64,000 nt of DNA, taken from UHGV virus genome UHGV-1376660; one strand, written 5' to 3'. The notes below the pieces were generated by a model that was not told where the DNA came from, made no database searches, and worked only from the letters and a program-made list of their open reading frames with translations. The stretch is from a virus. This document shows positions 40,122-49,518 of the stretch, piece after piece; the first letter of the stretch is position 1, and each line of letters begins with the position of its first letter. The position numbers and the translations under genes were made by a program.

Positions 40122-40752
40122 ATTCCACCTTCACGCGTTCTTTGTAGTGCTTGGTGATCTGCATATCCGGGCGCAGCGCGTTCTTCAGGTCTTCGTGGGT
40201 CGTCGCCACCATTACCGTCGCACCAACCTTACGGGCGGCACGCTGGAGGTTCGACGCCACAACCTGGGCGGTTACACGGTCGAGAACAGCGCCAAATTCG
40301 TCGGCTGCCCAGACTTTTGCGCCTGACTCGATCAGCTTGGCGATCTTGAGACGGTATTTCTGGCCGTCAGACATCTCGGATGGCTTGCGCACGAATAGAT
40401 AGGCGTCATTCAATCCGGCCATAGACAGCAGCCCCAGCGCTTCGCTGGTGGTTTTGCCCAGCTGGTCGATGACGTTAACCTCATTGTCGAAGGTAAAGTC
40501 ATCGATGGAGGCTACAGAAAGCCCTTCATCCTTCATCTGGCGTTGCAGCTCGCGCAGCACAACGGATTTACCGGAACCGGATTGGCCGGTGATGTACACC
40601 ACATCGCCCTGCTTCACTTCCAGCTCCAGATTGTCGTAAAGCGTCCACTCTTTTTCGTCCAGGCCAAGACCGAACGATTCGGCAATCTCCAGCGTGCGCG
40701 TGGTTTTGTTCACGCGGGTCTGAAACGATACGTTGATGGTGTATTTGCTCAT
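40114..40752 (-). CDS. ABC-type ATPase (P-loop NTPase)
   Basis: Walker A GQSGSGKS, signature-like SDGQKYRL, Walker B VWAADEF. Confidence 0.65.
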   Translation of the reverse strand: MSKYTINVSFQTRVNKTTRTLEIAESFGLGLDEKEWTLYDNLELEVKQGDVVYITGQSGSGKSVVLRELQRQMKDEGLSVASIDDFTFDNEVNVIDQLGKTTSEALGLLSMAGLNDAYLFVRKPSEMSDGQKYRLKIAKLIESGAKVWAADEFGAVLDRVTAQVVASNLQRAARKVGATVMVATTHEDLKNALRPDMQITKHYKERVKVEYA

Positions 40753-41450
40753 GCAGCCAGCTCCCCAGAAGAAACTTTCTCCGCATACGCCACGAAAGCG
40801 TCTACCCCGCTCTCCCCCGTGATTTCTTCCATGTGGGCAAGCAAATCCCCAACCACAATGGCAGAGCCAGCAGGGAGCGTTTTAAAGCCCAATACGTCGA
40901 TGACGCGGACTTCTTCAGAGGCCACTTCGCGACTGATCTCGGTGTGCTCTTCTTTCTGGCGTTCCGTCTCTTCGCCCAGATCGAGCACCAGAGAGCCGGT
41001 TTCCATCTCTTCGGTCATGCTGCCGACAAGCACGTTCAGCTCGCGCTCTTCAAAACCGAAGACCTCGACGTCGCCCAGCACTAGGGATTCCAGTTCCTGC
41101 TGCAATTTGATGGCGTCGTAGTCAATACTGGCCAGGCGGTTGTCTTCCAGACGCTTCGCCTTCACTTCTTCTTCGCTCAGATCGTCGCGAACGATGACCG
41201 GCACACGCTCCAGACCAGCCAGAAGAGCCGCCTCGCAACGACCGTGGCCAGTAATGATGACGTCATGCTTGTCGACCGTGATCGGCTGGTCAAAACCGCG
41301 CTTTTTGATGGCGGCCGCCAGGTCGCGGATCTGCTGTTCGTCATGTTTTTTGGCGTTCATCTCATACGGGATGAGTTCTGCCGGGTTTCGATAGACGATT
41401 TCAAAGTTTTTGGTCATTACATACGCTCCTTGTAGTAGTCGACCAGCCAC
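40749..41450 (-). CDS. ParB/Srx N-terminal domain (ParB-like nuclease domain) protein
   Basis: PNP...N...Q...L..SI...G...PI.V........I.GHGR..A motif pattern. Confidence 0.6.
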   Translation of the reverse strand: MAGRLLQGAYVMTKNFEIVYRNPAELIPYEMNAKKHDEQQIRDLAAAIKKRGFDQPITVDKHDVIITGHGRCEAALLAGLERVPVIVRDDLSEEEVKAKRLEDNRLASIDYDAIKLQQELESLVLGDVEVFGFEERELNVLVGSMTEEMETGSLVLDLGEETERQKEEHTEISREVASEEVRVIDVLGFKTLPAGSAIVVGDLLAHMEEITGESGVDAFVAYAEKVSSGELAA

Positions 41451-42115
41451 ACCAGGGCTTCACCGGCGTTCTCAATTTCGTTACCGGTATTGATTCCCTG
41501 CTCTTTGATGATGGTTTTGATGGTGTCGGCGACGCGATCTGACGCATCAAACGTCACTTTGAAGCGCATCGTCTGGTGTTCAGCGCCGACTCGCTCGGTT
41601 TTCTCGCGTTTGTCCTCATCGACCGGCTCGTCATCGCCACGGGAGAGCGCTTCCAGCGCTTCAAGATCGATAACGGACGCTTTGGCGAGTGTTGCCGCCA
41701 TTTCGTCGTCATACGGGGCGATATCGGACAACCGGTAGTCGATTTCAGACTGGATTTCTTCGATTAAGCGCTGCAAAGCGACCTGATCGTCTTCGCCGTA
41801 GCGCTCGTTATCGACGAGGGACATCTGTTTGGCCACCAGGTCGTTAATTTTGCCCACGGAGATGACGGGAACCGTTGAAATGCCCTGCTCCATCGCGGCA
41901 CGCCAGCGATGTTCGCCACCGAGGATCTCAAAAACGCCCCCGTCCAGCTCCCGCGCCAGAATTGGCTTAAAAAAGCCCAATTTTTCGATAGAGCCTTTCA
42001 GTTTTTCGAAGTTTTGCGCCCCAACGGAGTTGGTATTCCAGGGATTCGGACGCAGGTTCGCGACTTCCACCTGCAGAATCGTAATTTTCACATCCATAAT
42101 TCTGATACAATCCAT
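41417..42115 (-). CDS. ParB/Srx N-terminal domain protein (paralogue of the preceding gene)
   Basis: LRPNPWN...Q.FEKLKGSIEKLGFFKPIL......FEILGGEHRWRAA motif. Confidence 0.6.
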   Translation of the reverse strand: MDCIRIMDVKITILQVEVANLRPNPWNTNSVGAQNFEKLKGSIEKLGFFKPILARELDGGVFEILGGEHRWRAAMEQGISTVPVISVGKINDLVAKQMSLVDNERYGEDDQVALQRLIEEIQSEIDYRLSDIAPYDDEMAATLAKASVIDLEALEALSRGDDEPVDEDKREKTERVGAEHQTMRFKVTFDASDRVADTIKTIIKEQGINTGNEIENAGEALVWLVDYYKERM

Positions 42116-42179
42116 TGTATAAGTACTTACTTACTATAATAGCCAATTACCATACAAAAGGCACGAAGGAAAGAGGTTT

Positions 42180-43739
42180 ATGACAGTTCGGATTGTATCG
42201 AATGCAGTCAATGCGCTGATTTCTGGCGCTGATGACAACGTGAAACGGCTCGTTCAGGAGATGTTGAGCTATGAAGTGGAGGCTGGTGACTGGAAAGGAA
42301 CCAGCACGATGTTCAACTGGAGCAAAAACGCGTTCCCGGCTGGGTTTGCGAAGCCAGTAGCGGCCAACCTTCTGAAAGCTGGCATCAAATGCGTGCATGT
42401 GCGCAAGGAAAAAGCCCCCGCGCTGGGCAAGCCGAACCCGGTAGTTAACCCATTCCCGTATAACCCGGACTATGCGTATCAGGATCAGACTGTGGAAACA
42501 CTGGTGCGCGAAGGGATGATGATTGCCCAGATTGCGACGGGTGGCGGTAAATCGAACGTAGCGTGTAAGGCAGCTGCTCGCATTGGTCGTATGACGCTGT
42601 TTTTAACCACGCGCTCGGTTCTGATGTTCCAGATGGCAGAGAACTTCCAGAAATCCATCGATTACCGCGCGGAGAATGGCGAGCCGTGGCTGAAAGGTCA
42701 GAAAGTTGGGGTGATTGGATCTGGTGAGTTCCAGGTCTCGCGCCATATCAACGTTGCCACGGTGCAGACCCTGGCCAGTTTTCTCGAAGAGCCACCGCGC
42801 GACGCATCACCGGAGAAAAAACAGTACCACCTGAAGCGCCGGGAACTGGTTAAGCGCTTTCTGTCCAGCGTTTCTCTGCTGATTCTGGAAGAGGCACACG
42901 AATCATCTGGTTCAAACTTCTACGATATCGCCAGGTTGTGCATCAATGCCGATTACCGTCTGGCGCTGACAGCTACGCCGTTCATGAAGGACTCGACCGA
43001 GGCAAATATGCGTCTCATGGCCGTTGCCGGCCGCATTGAGATAAAGGTAACGGAGAAATATTTGATCGATCGAGGTATTTTAGCGAAACCATACTTTCTA
43101 TATCATAAAATCGCGTACACTCCAGACGAGGTGCGGATTAGGGCCGAACTTGCTTCGAAACACCTGAACTTTCGGGTTGGAATGAGTACGGCTTACCAGA
43201 AAGCCTATCAGTTAGGCATCGTTTACAATCTGGGCCGCAACGAGGCTATTGTGCGCGAAGCGTTAATGTACAAAAGTCACGGTCTGAACTGTATGACGCT
43301 GGTTCGTTTGAAGCGTCATGGTCAGATTTTGATGGAAATGATGAAGGAAAGCGGCCTGAAGGTCGATTTCATCTACGGAGAATCAAACCAGACTACCCGA
43401 CAAGCAAAGCTCAACAGTCTGGCGGCAGGCAAGATAGATGTTCTGATTGGTTCAACCATTCTGGATGTTGGTGTCGACGTTCCAAGCGTAGGGGCGGTGA
43501 TTCTGGGTGGTGGCGGCAAAGCCGAAGTTGAGATGCGCCAACGTGTTGGTCGCGGTCTTCGAGCCAAAAAGAATCAGGCTAACGTGTGCTTTATTACCGA
43601 CTTTATCGACGTGAGCAACAAATATCTCATGTCGCATTCATATGAGCGGAAGCACATTATCGACACAACGCCAGGGTTTGCCGAAGGAGTCTTGCCGGTG
43701 GGTAGCACATTCGATTTCACTGTTTTGAATAGAGAGTAA
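42180..43739 (+). CDS. superfamily-2 helicase (DEAH-like)
   Basis: Motif I TGGGKS, motif II LILEEAHE, C-terminal helicase motifs (QRVGRGLR). Confidence 0.7.
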   Translation: MTVRIVSNAVNALISGADDNVKRLVQEMLSYEVEAGDWKGTSTMFNWSKNAFPAGFAKPVAANLLKAGIKCVHVRKEKAPALGKPNPVVNPFPYNPDYAYQDQTVETLVREGMMIAQIATGGGKSNVACKAAARIGRMTLFLTTRSVLMFQMAENFQKSIDYRAENGEPWLKGQKVGVIGSGEFQVSRHINVATVQTLASFLEEPPRDASPEKKQYHLKRRELVKRFLSSVSLLILEEAHESSGSNFYDIARLCINADYRLALTATPFMKDSTEANMRLMAVAGRIEIKVTEKYLIDRGILAKPYFLYHKIAYTPDEVRIRAELASKHLNFRVGMSTAYQKAYQLGIVYNLGRNEAIVREALMYKSHGLNCMTLVRLKRHGQILMEMMKESGLKVDFIYGESNQTTRQAKLNSLAAGKIDVLIGSTILDVGVDVPSVGAVILGGGGKAEVEMRQRVGRGLRAKKNQANVCFITDFIDVSNKYLMSHSYERKHIIDTTPGFAEGVLPVGSTFDFTVLNRE

Positions 43740-43741
43740 GC

Positions 43742-44020
43742 ATGAGCGAGAAACGCGCTATACACTGCCAGGTTCAGTTAACCGAAAAAGCAAACGACAA
43801 GCTGGAAACCTTTCAGAATCGACTGCGTGAACGCAACATAAAGCTGTCAAAGGCAGACATCATCAATCTGGTGCTGTCCAACATGACGATGGCTGATTTT
43901 GATAAGGCAGCTACGTCATTAGAGGCTTCTGCAAAGGCCCGTGAAAAGGTCATGAAGATTTACGAATCCTCTGGCATGACCAAAGAAGATCTGGCCGATA
44001 TTCTCAAACGGCTGCCGTAA
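43742..44020 (+). CDS. hypothetical protein
   Basis: 92-aa ORF coupled to the helicase. Confidence 0.45.
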   Translation: MSEKRAIHCQVQLTEKANDKLETFQNRLRERNIKLSKADIINLVLSNMTMADFDKAATSLEASAKAREKVMKIYESSGMTKEDLADILKRLP

Positions 44021-44082
44021 TCTTCCACTTTTTCCCCTTATTTCGTAGTTCATCATGTGCTCGTCAAGTTACAAAGGAGCAC

Positions 44083-44622
44083 ATGATGAACTATTTAGCT
44101 GAACTACCATTTGTTGATATCTTTGACGCAAAAAACAACAGTGCATTTTTCTGGCGCGTAGATAATCCGCTGGATTACAAATGCGGAGAGAAAAATGCAC
44201 AAGCATTCGTCAGATTCGTTGAGAACTATCCCTTCATGAACAACAGCAATATTCTGTACCGTATCGCGTGTGATATGAGCGACTCAGGTCTTATTAAGTC
44301 TGAATCCGCAAGGGGGTTCTTTAATACACTGGATACGTTACTGACACCAAACAATTCAAAGACACCTATCGCAGCACATGAAACAAAATGCAGGCAGATT
44401 CGTACCGTCCGTGACATAGCCTGTAAGATGGGCGTCACGAGCATGAAACTTTTAAACTTTCTTGCCCTCATCGACTGGATAGACAATTCAACTATACAAC
44501 CTACCGATGAAGCGCTCGCTGAAAGCGTGTTACGTAAAAACAGCAAAGCGCCGTTTGGTTTTACAGTTACCAGAAAGGGTGAGCGTTTGATTACGAACAA
44601 GTACAAAGTGCTGGGCAAATAA
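44083..44622 (+). CDS. hypothetical protein (first gene of the AT-rich island)
   Basis: 179-aa ORF, low GC. Confidence 0.5.
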   Translation: MMNYLAELPFVDIFDAKNNSAFFWRVDNPLDYKCGEKNAQAFVRFVENYPFMNNSNILYRIACDMSDSGLIKSESARGFFNTLDTLLTPNNSKTPIAAHETKCRQIRTVRDIACKMGVTSMKLLNFLALIDWIDNSTIQPTDEALAESVLRKNSKAPFGFTVTRKGERLITNKYKVLGK

Positions 44623-44924
44623 TCATCAACATGCTGGCGTCTGTAGATGTCAGCATGTGATTTATATCACACTTTCACTTTCGCACACCTCCGGCTGAAA
44701 AAAGTTCTTGATCGGTTGACGAATATTTGTAGGCTTCACAACCGAGGAATTTGAGCCAGAGGTGGTGGATGAATATTTCTATTAACGAAATTCTTAATTC
44801 GCTAGAGCGTAAAATCACTCATGGCGAGAAAGTTTTTCAAAGACAAATTATTCAGATTTCATCTTGAGGCGTTTATAAGCAGCATCTTCTGTTGGAAATA
44901 GCATATCGTTAATTTGAGGTCAGA

Positions 44925-45515
44925 ATGACTCGTTTAGCCATCTTAGTAACCACCTATATTCTATCATTCTCTGCCAATGCAGTGTCAGATATGGTTGCTG
45001 ACATGCAAAAAACGTACAGCAAGTTCACTACCCTAGACAATGTAAAATACGAGGCCAGAGGAACAGTTCAACCTGTATGGTTCAGGTATTCCGATAACGC
45101 GGAAGAAACACTGATTTCCGGTGAATCAGAACATATGCGCCTTCAAATCATGGGTACAGCTGTCAAAGAAGGAACAAGCACCAACTCTGGCAAGGCTCTT
45201 GTTCCAACCTACGGTCTACTAAATGTGATTGATGGAACTATGTACTGTGATGAGATCGCCAAGAGCGGTTGCCCGATTCATATCCGCGTTGGCAGTAATG
45301 AATCGTTCACGACATACGGCAAAATCGGCAATGATGCGACCGGCAAAGTACTTGTTCTGGACAACGCAGCAACAATTAGGCTTCTAAAAGACATCAAAAA
45401 GACCGCAAAATCAGATATCGACAACAAAACCATTTACATCGAAGCCCCCTTCCTCGTGGCAGGTAGCAAGCAGTTTAAGTTTGGGCTTCTCGACACGCCA
45501 CTTAAGGTAGACTAA
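44925..45515 (+). CDS. secreted/periplasmic protein (signal peptide), unknown function
   Basis: N-terminal MTRLAILVTTYILSFSANA signal peptide; AT-rich. Confidence 0.55.
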   Translation: MTRLAILVTTYILSFSANAVSDMVADMQKTYSKFTTLDNVKYEARGTVQPVWFRYSDNAEETLISGESEHMRLQIMGTAVKEGTSTNSGKALVPTYGLLNVIDGTMYCDEIAKSGCPIHIRVGSNESFTTYGKIGNDATGKVLVLDNAATIRLLKDIKKTAKSDIDNKTIYIEAPFLVAGSKQFKFGLLDTPLKVD

Positions 45516-46039
45516 TGACGATCACAGACATTACATACGGCATCCCAGCAGAGGTCTGGCCCCGCGACTACTCTAACGTGGAGTTTAGTTTGCAGTTCCT
45601 ACGGGCAAGGAATATACCTGTAAGGGTCACGATCGATGATGGTCAGACGTTTTGTCTTTACGTTATTGGTCTGCTTACCGCACGCAATAAGCTAGATCTT
45701 TCTCCCGTTATAGGAAGTAAAGAACATCGTGTTCGTCTTCCATTGGAGCGAGTTAGCACCATAGAAACAATTACACCTGTCGAAGTGGACAAGATGTTTA
45801 CAGGTAGGCTCACTGTACACCCTGACTATGTGGACAATCGGCCATCACGCCGCGATTTCTTCAAAATTTGTCGTCAAGCTCATGAGGCGCAAAAGTCTAT
45901 AAGGGTCTACATGGCGGATGGCCGTGAAATTGAGGGGTGTTCGTTAGGCGTTGATGCCTGTCAGGTCGCAATGAGAGTTGGCGAGCGCGGACGAGCGATA
46001 GTTCTCTTCGATTGGGTCGAACGGATTTTACCGTTTTAA
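45515..46039 (+). CDS. hypothetical cytoplasmic protein, translationally coupled partner of the secreted protein
   Basis: Start overlaps the upstream stop; 174 aa; followed by a terminator. Confidence 0.5.
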   Translation: MTITDITYGIPAEVWPRDYSNVEFSLQFLRARNIPVRVTIDDGQTFCLYVIGLLTARNKLDLSPVIGSKEHRVRLPLERVSTIETITPVEVDKMFTGRLTVHPDYVDNRPSRRDFFKICRQAHEAQKSIRVYMADGREIEGCSLGVDACQVAMRVGERGRAIVLFDWVERILPF

Positions 46040-46052
46040 ATCTATAAGGGTG

Positions 46053-46080
46053 ATAACCGGCTAAGTCCGGTTATTATTTT
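46053..46080 (+). terminator. rho-independent terminator (ATAACCGG-CTAAGT-CCGGTTAT then T-run)
   Basis: Hairpin plus T-run immediately after the 45515..46039 gene. Confidence 0.55.
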
Positions 46081-46354
46081 ATGTGTCACTTCCCGTTATA
46101 TTTATTTTCCCTAATCCCGATTCCACTTTAAATATATAAGGGTGATTGACCGAATAGAGAATTTATTTAGGCAACACCTTCGAGAAAACGCGTTTTATTT
46201 CTAAGACTTTGATTTTTATTGAAGAAAAATTTTTTTCGTTCCCGCGTAAAAAACTCTTGATTTTAATTTCTGCATATCGATAATTACTCACATCGAAAGC
46301 GAACACGCTAACGATACAAGAATTTTATTTTTACTCTTATTAAGGATTAATATC

Positions 46355-47005
46355 ATGTCTAACGTTGCTATCTCTAAAAAATCCATCATCGACGCTGCTG
46401 TAGTTATCGCTAATGAATTACAAGTTGCAGCCAATAATGCTACTCAGACTTATAACAATCATTATCAGAATGGTACGCACACAAAAGCAGATAAAGCTAA
46501 CATGCTTGCAGCGACTACCAAACTTGCATACTTCACCAACAACGTTTTAAACGCTGTTAATGATGAGAAATTAGCTGGTGTCTTTTACTACGCGATTAAA
46601 GCAAGCAAACAAGCGCCAGAAGTGTTTTTCCGCGAAGCTATGACCAATAGCTATTCACTCGAAAAATTGGTTTATCTGGTTAAATCTATCAAGTCTGGTA
46701 AATGCGTTTATTCCGTCGCTGATATGTCCGGATCTCGCGTATTCGCATTAATCGAAATGATTAATGATGAAATGGAGACATTCACAAATGGCGCTGTATT
46801 CGATTTAATGAATGAAGCTAAAAAAGCATGTGAGATTAAATTAGACGCTGGCTACACTCAAGCCAATCAGCTTATCAATTTGTGTGAACGTCTCGGACTG
46901 GTCGAGAAAATCAAAGGAATGGGCGCTGCTAAAAACGGATCGCAACAATATCGCTTTATCAAGAATGATTTTTATAACTATCTGGCTGATGCTTTCAAAG
47001 CGTAA
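46355..47005 (+). CDS. hypothetical protein, AT-rich
   Basis: 216-aa ORF after a 315-nt AT-rich leader; good Shine-Dalgarno sequence AAGGA. Confidence 0.55.
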   Translation: MSNVAISKKSIIDAAVVIANELQVAANNATQTYNNHYQNGTHTKADKANMLAATTKLAYFTNNVLNAVNDEKLAGVFYYAIKASKQAPEVFFREAMTNSYSLEKLVYLVKSIKSGKCVYSVADMSGSRVFALIEMINDEMETFTNGAVFDLMNEAKKACEIKLDAGYTQANQLINLCERLGLVEKIKGMGAAKNGSQQYRFIKNDFYNYLADAFKA

Positions 47006-47017
47006 TTAGATGGATAT

Positions 47018-47043
47018 AGCGCCCACTATGGGCGCTAGTTTTA
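47018..47043 (+). terminator. hairpin TAGCGCCCA-CTA-TGGGCGCTA then T-run
   Basis: Identical stem repeated at 47264-47288. Confidence 0.5.
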
Positions 47044-47055
47044 AGGATAAAAATC

Positions 47056-47259
47056 ATGATTAGTTATGACCAGATCCGCGCGGAATATCGCGCAAAATAT
47101 CGCGCTTATAAACTTGAATTAATCGACGACTTAAAAGCGCAACGTGACAAATTAAATTTTACGTTTTCTGATTTGCTTAACAGTAAAAGAGACTGTAAGC
47201 GCAAGCGTGAATATTTGCGCTTGTCTGAAATGATCGGAAAACTGCAAAACAGCATTTAA
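47056..47259 (+). CDS. small coiled-coil protein (67 aa)
   Basis: ORF flanked by two copies of the same hairpin. Confidence 0.45.
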   Translation: MISYDQIRAEYRAKYRAYKLELIDDLKAQRDKLNFTFSDLLNSKRDCKRKREYLRLSEMIGKLQNSI

Positions 47260-47903
47260 ACAAAAGCGCCCACTATGGGCGCTTTTTTCGTTTCAAGATC
47301 CGCACACCATAACGCGCCATTGTTGGCGCGTTTTTTATTGTCTGAAGTCAGCCAAAACAGACCAAAAACAAGCGCCATAAACGCGCCAATTTAACGCGTT
47401 TTTATGTGTGGTGGTACATACCCATTACCCACAATAAAAACATGTTATAGCGCGTTTTACAGCGTTTTAGCGCGTGGCTTATTTTGTCGTGTCGTGGGCG
47501 TGATCGTCTGGCGATATCTGGCGACGTGATCCGCGCCATCCTTCGGGACGTGTCGGCAATATTGGAGCTATCCGTGGGCGCTCGCGTATCATTAGCACGT
47601 TGGCGCGACGTGTACGCGCTTCCTGTGGTTTACCCACGGATTCACATAATCACATAGCGAAAGCTATCTGGATTGCTCAGGGGCTGAAACCCCACCAGCG
47701 CTACCCCAGCGCCCCTGCGATATTTTCTGGCAGGATTCTGGGCTTCTCCCGCTCAGTTTTCTACATAAAGGCAAACCCAGCCGTTTCCCGAAAATTCCCT
47801 GGCCGTTTCCCTTCGGTTCCCCGGACAGCTCTCTGGCCGTTTCTGAAATTCCCTGCGGCAGCTGGTGGACGAAAAGAAAGGGGCGTTTCCAGCCCCTCTC
47901 CTC
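47260..47903. repeat. 644-nt gene-free repeat-dense region (GCGCGTTTT hairpins, tandem TCTGGCGA, GACGTG x3, CCGTTTCC x3)
   Basis: Direct and inverted repeats read from the sequence; the only ORF here (47600..48004) is low-complexity and probably spurious. Confidence 0.6.
47264..47288 (+). terminator. rho-independent terminator AAGCGCCCA-CTA-TGGGCGCTT then TTTTT
   Basis: Stem-loop with T5 run. Confidence 0.65.
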
Positions 47904-48386
47904 TTACTTGCCAGCCAGAATGTGAATGCGGTTCTTTCCGTACACCTCTTTCACGTATTCACCGCACGAGACACTCCACGAGTCGATTCCTGCTTCGTAG
48001 GTGACGTTTTTGCACTTGATGGCATTGTTGGCGATACGCATCCCCTCCCCCACTGCTTCCTGTTCGCTGAAGTCGAGCCCGGATTCTTGTTTAACCCATA
48101 GCGCGATCTGCGTGGCGAACTCGATGAGTTTTGACTGGCAGAAGCGACCGCTGCGTACCGGGAAGATGAATACGCCAAATCCGGAGGTGGAGACATACGC
48201 TTTCTCAAATACGCGCTTATGGCGACGGTTGCAGATAATGTCATTGGTGATCTGCTGTTTCTCTTTCCCGGACAGCTCGATGGTTACATTGTCACGCCAG
48301 GCGCCCAGCACGCTTTTCTCGTTATCAGAGAACGTCACAGAAATATGGCCATGCGCAGGGGTGTTAACAGTAGCGATAAAGTTCAT
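47904..48386 (-). CDS. hypothetical early protein
   Basis: ORF preceded by the promoter/operator motif at 48398-48440. Confidence 0.55.
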   Translation of the reverse strand: MNFIATVNTPAHGHISVTFSDNEKSVLGAWRDNVTIELSGKEKQQITNDIICNRRHKRVFEKAYVSTSGFGVFIFPVRSGRFCQSKLIEFATQIALWVKQESGLDFSEQEAVGEGMRIANNAIKCKNVTYEAGIDSWSVSCGEYVKEVYGKNRIHILAGK

Positions 48387-48397
48387 GGTGATAATCC

Positions 48398-48440
48398 TTT
48401 AAACAACTTGTTTTCTTGTTGGTTTAATTATCGCTACGCG
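48398..48440 (-). promoter_or_regulatory. representative copy of the early promoter/operator motif TAAACAAnTTGTTTTCTTGTTGGTGTTATTATCGC (in gene orientation: GATAAT -10-like box, then the palindromic core AACAAGTTGTT, then Shine-Dalgarno)
   Basis: At least 17 copies: 8535, 11349, 38538, 38566, 48398, 48891, 49842, 50776, 52196, 54583 (plus inverted partial 54625), 55013, 55328, 57215, 60349, 61072, 62044. Confidence 0.6.
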
Positions 48441-48591
48441 CATAAGGCGTCCAAGCGTTCTGTTCCGGTAGCTGGTGGCCGGCAGGGAGTCGGAGGGTTA
48501 TTAGGTAGCCTGGCGGTAAGAGGTGGGTGTTTTTAGCCTGCGGGAAACAGGATGGCCATTTAAGGCCACCAGCATGGGTGGCCTCGTTCTC

Positions 48592-48873
48592 TTAGTGGAG
48601 CAGACCGACGTCGATGGTATCACCTGAGCCATCCACGCGGATCATCAGCATGGCGAAGGCATTTAATGGGTAGCCTGCGTGCCAATCCGGGAAGCGGTCA
48701 TCGCGCATGAAGTCGGCAATGTCATAAACGCTGTCCTCAAAGCGGAAGAAGCGGGCATCACATTGTTCGTCCTGTTCAATGTGATCCATTTCCAGCTGCT
48801 CTTCCGGCGACAGGTCGAGCCAGGATTCCAGCCATACGTTTTCAGCTTTAGGGGAGATAGTGAAATCGGTCAT
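48592..48873 (-). CDS. hypothetical acidic early protein
   Basis: Start MTDFT with GGAGGA Shine-Dalgarno; promoter/operator motif at 48891-48930. Confidence 0.5.
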   Translation of the reverse strand: MTDFTISPKAENVWLESWLDLSPEEQLEMDHIEQDEQCDARFFRFEDSVYDIADFMRDDRFPDWHAGYPLNAFAMLMIRVDGSGDTIDVGLLH

Positions 48874-48998
48874 GTGCATATCCTCCATGCGTAAACATCT
48901 TGTTTTCTTGTTGGTGTAATTATCGCAAGCGGATAAGGCAAAAAACATTTTGTTATCGGGAATAAGAAAATGGCGCGGGATACGCGCCATTGCAGTGA

Positions 48999-49391
48999 TT
49001 AAGCGAATACGCTTTCCGGGATGTGGTTTTCCAGGGGAATGTTAGATGCGATACGCAGACCGTATTGCCCAAGCCAGGTAGAATTCATGTTGAGACCTGA
49101 GTCGAACACCTCCTCGGCCTGTACCATCATTTTTTCAAACATTTCTTTATTCCCTTCGCGGAAATAGGCAGCCAGTTTTAGCAAGACCGGATCTGACGCA
49201 TTACTGACGCTCTGGTAGCCTACCGAGTAAACTGCAGTGTCCCCTTCGCCGGTGCGAATTAAGGTGCTGGTGTGCACATCACCTCCGATAGTCTCGCGCA
49301 GAACGACGGTTAATTTCGCGACTTTCTCGCCGGAGGCTTTCTCGGAAGCATAATGCAAATCCATCACAAGACTCTCACGTGAAACTGTCAT
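48999..49391 (-). CDS. hypothetical early protein
   Basis: Start MTVSRESL with Shine-Dalgarno GGGAGA. Confidence 0.5.
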   Translation of the reverse strand: MTVSRESLVMDLHYASEKASGEKVAKLTVVLRETIGGDVHTSTLIRTGEGDTAVYSVGYQSVSNASDPVLLKLAAYFREGNKEMFEKMMVQAEEVFDSGLNMNSTWLGQYGLRIASNIPLENHIPESVFA

Positions 49392-49518
49392 TTTTATCTC
49401 CCTATAGTTGGTGGTTTTTATATTATTAAAATAGGTAGGCACTTACAATCCAAGCAAGCAAAAAGCCCCGAAGGATGGACGGGGCTGTCGTAGGGACGAC
49501 TAATCGCTTTTGCACATG

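Noticed and set aside
47600-48004. 134-aa plus-strand ORF
   Set aside because: Lies in the repeat-dense non-coding region and overlaps the 3' end of a minus-strand gene; Arg/Pro-rich, no Shine-Dalgarno sequence.
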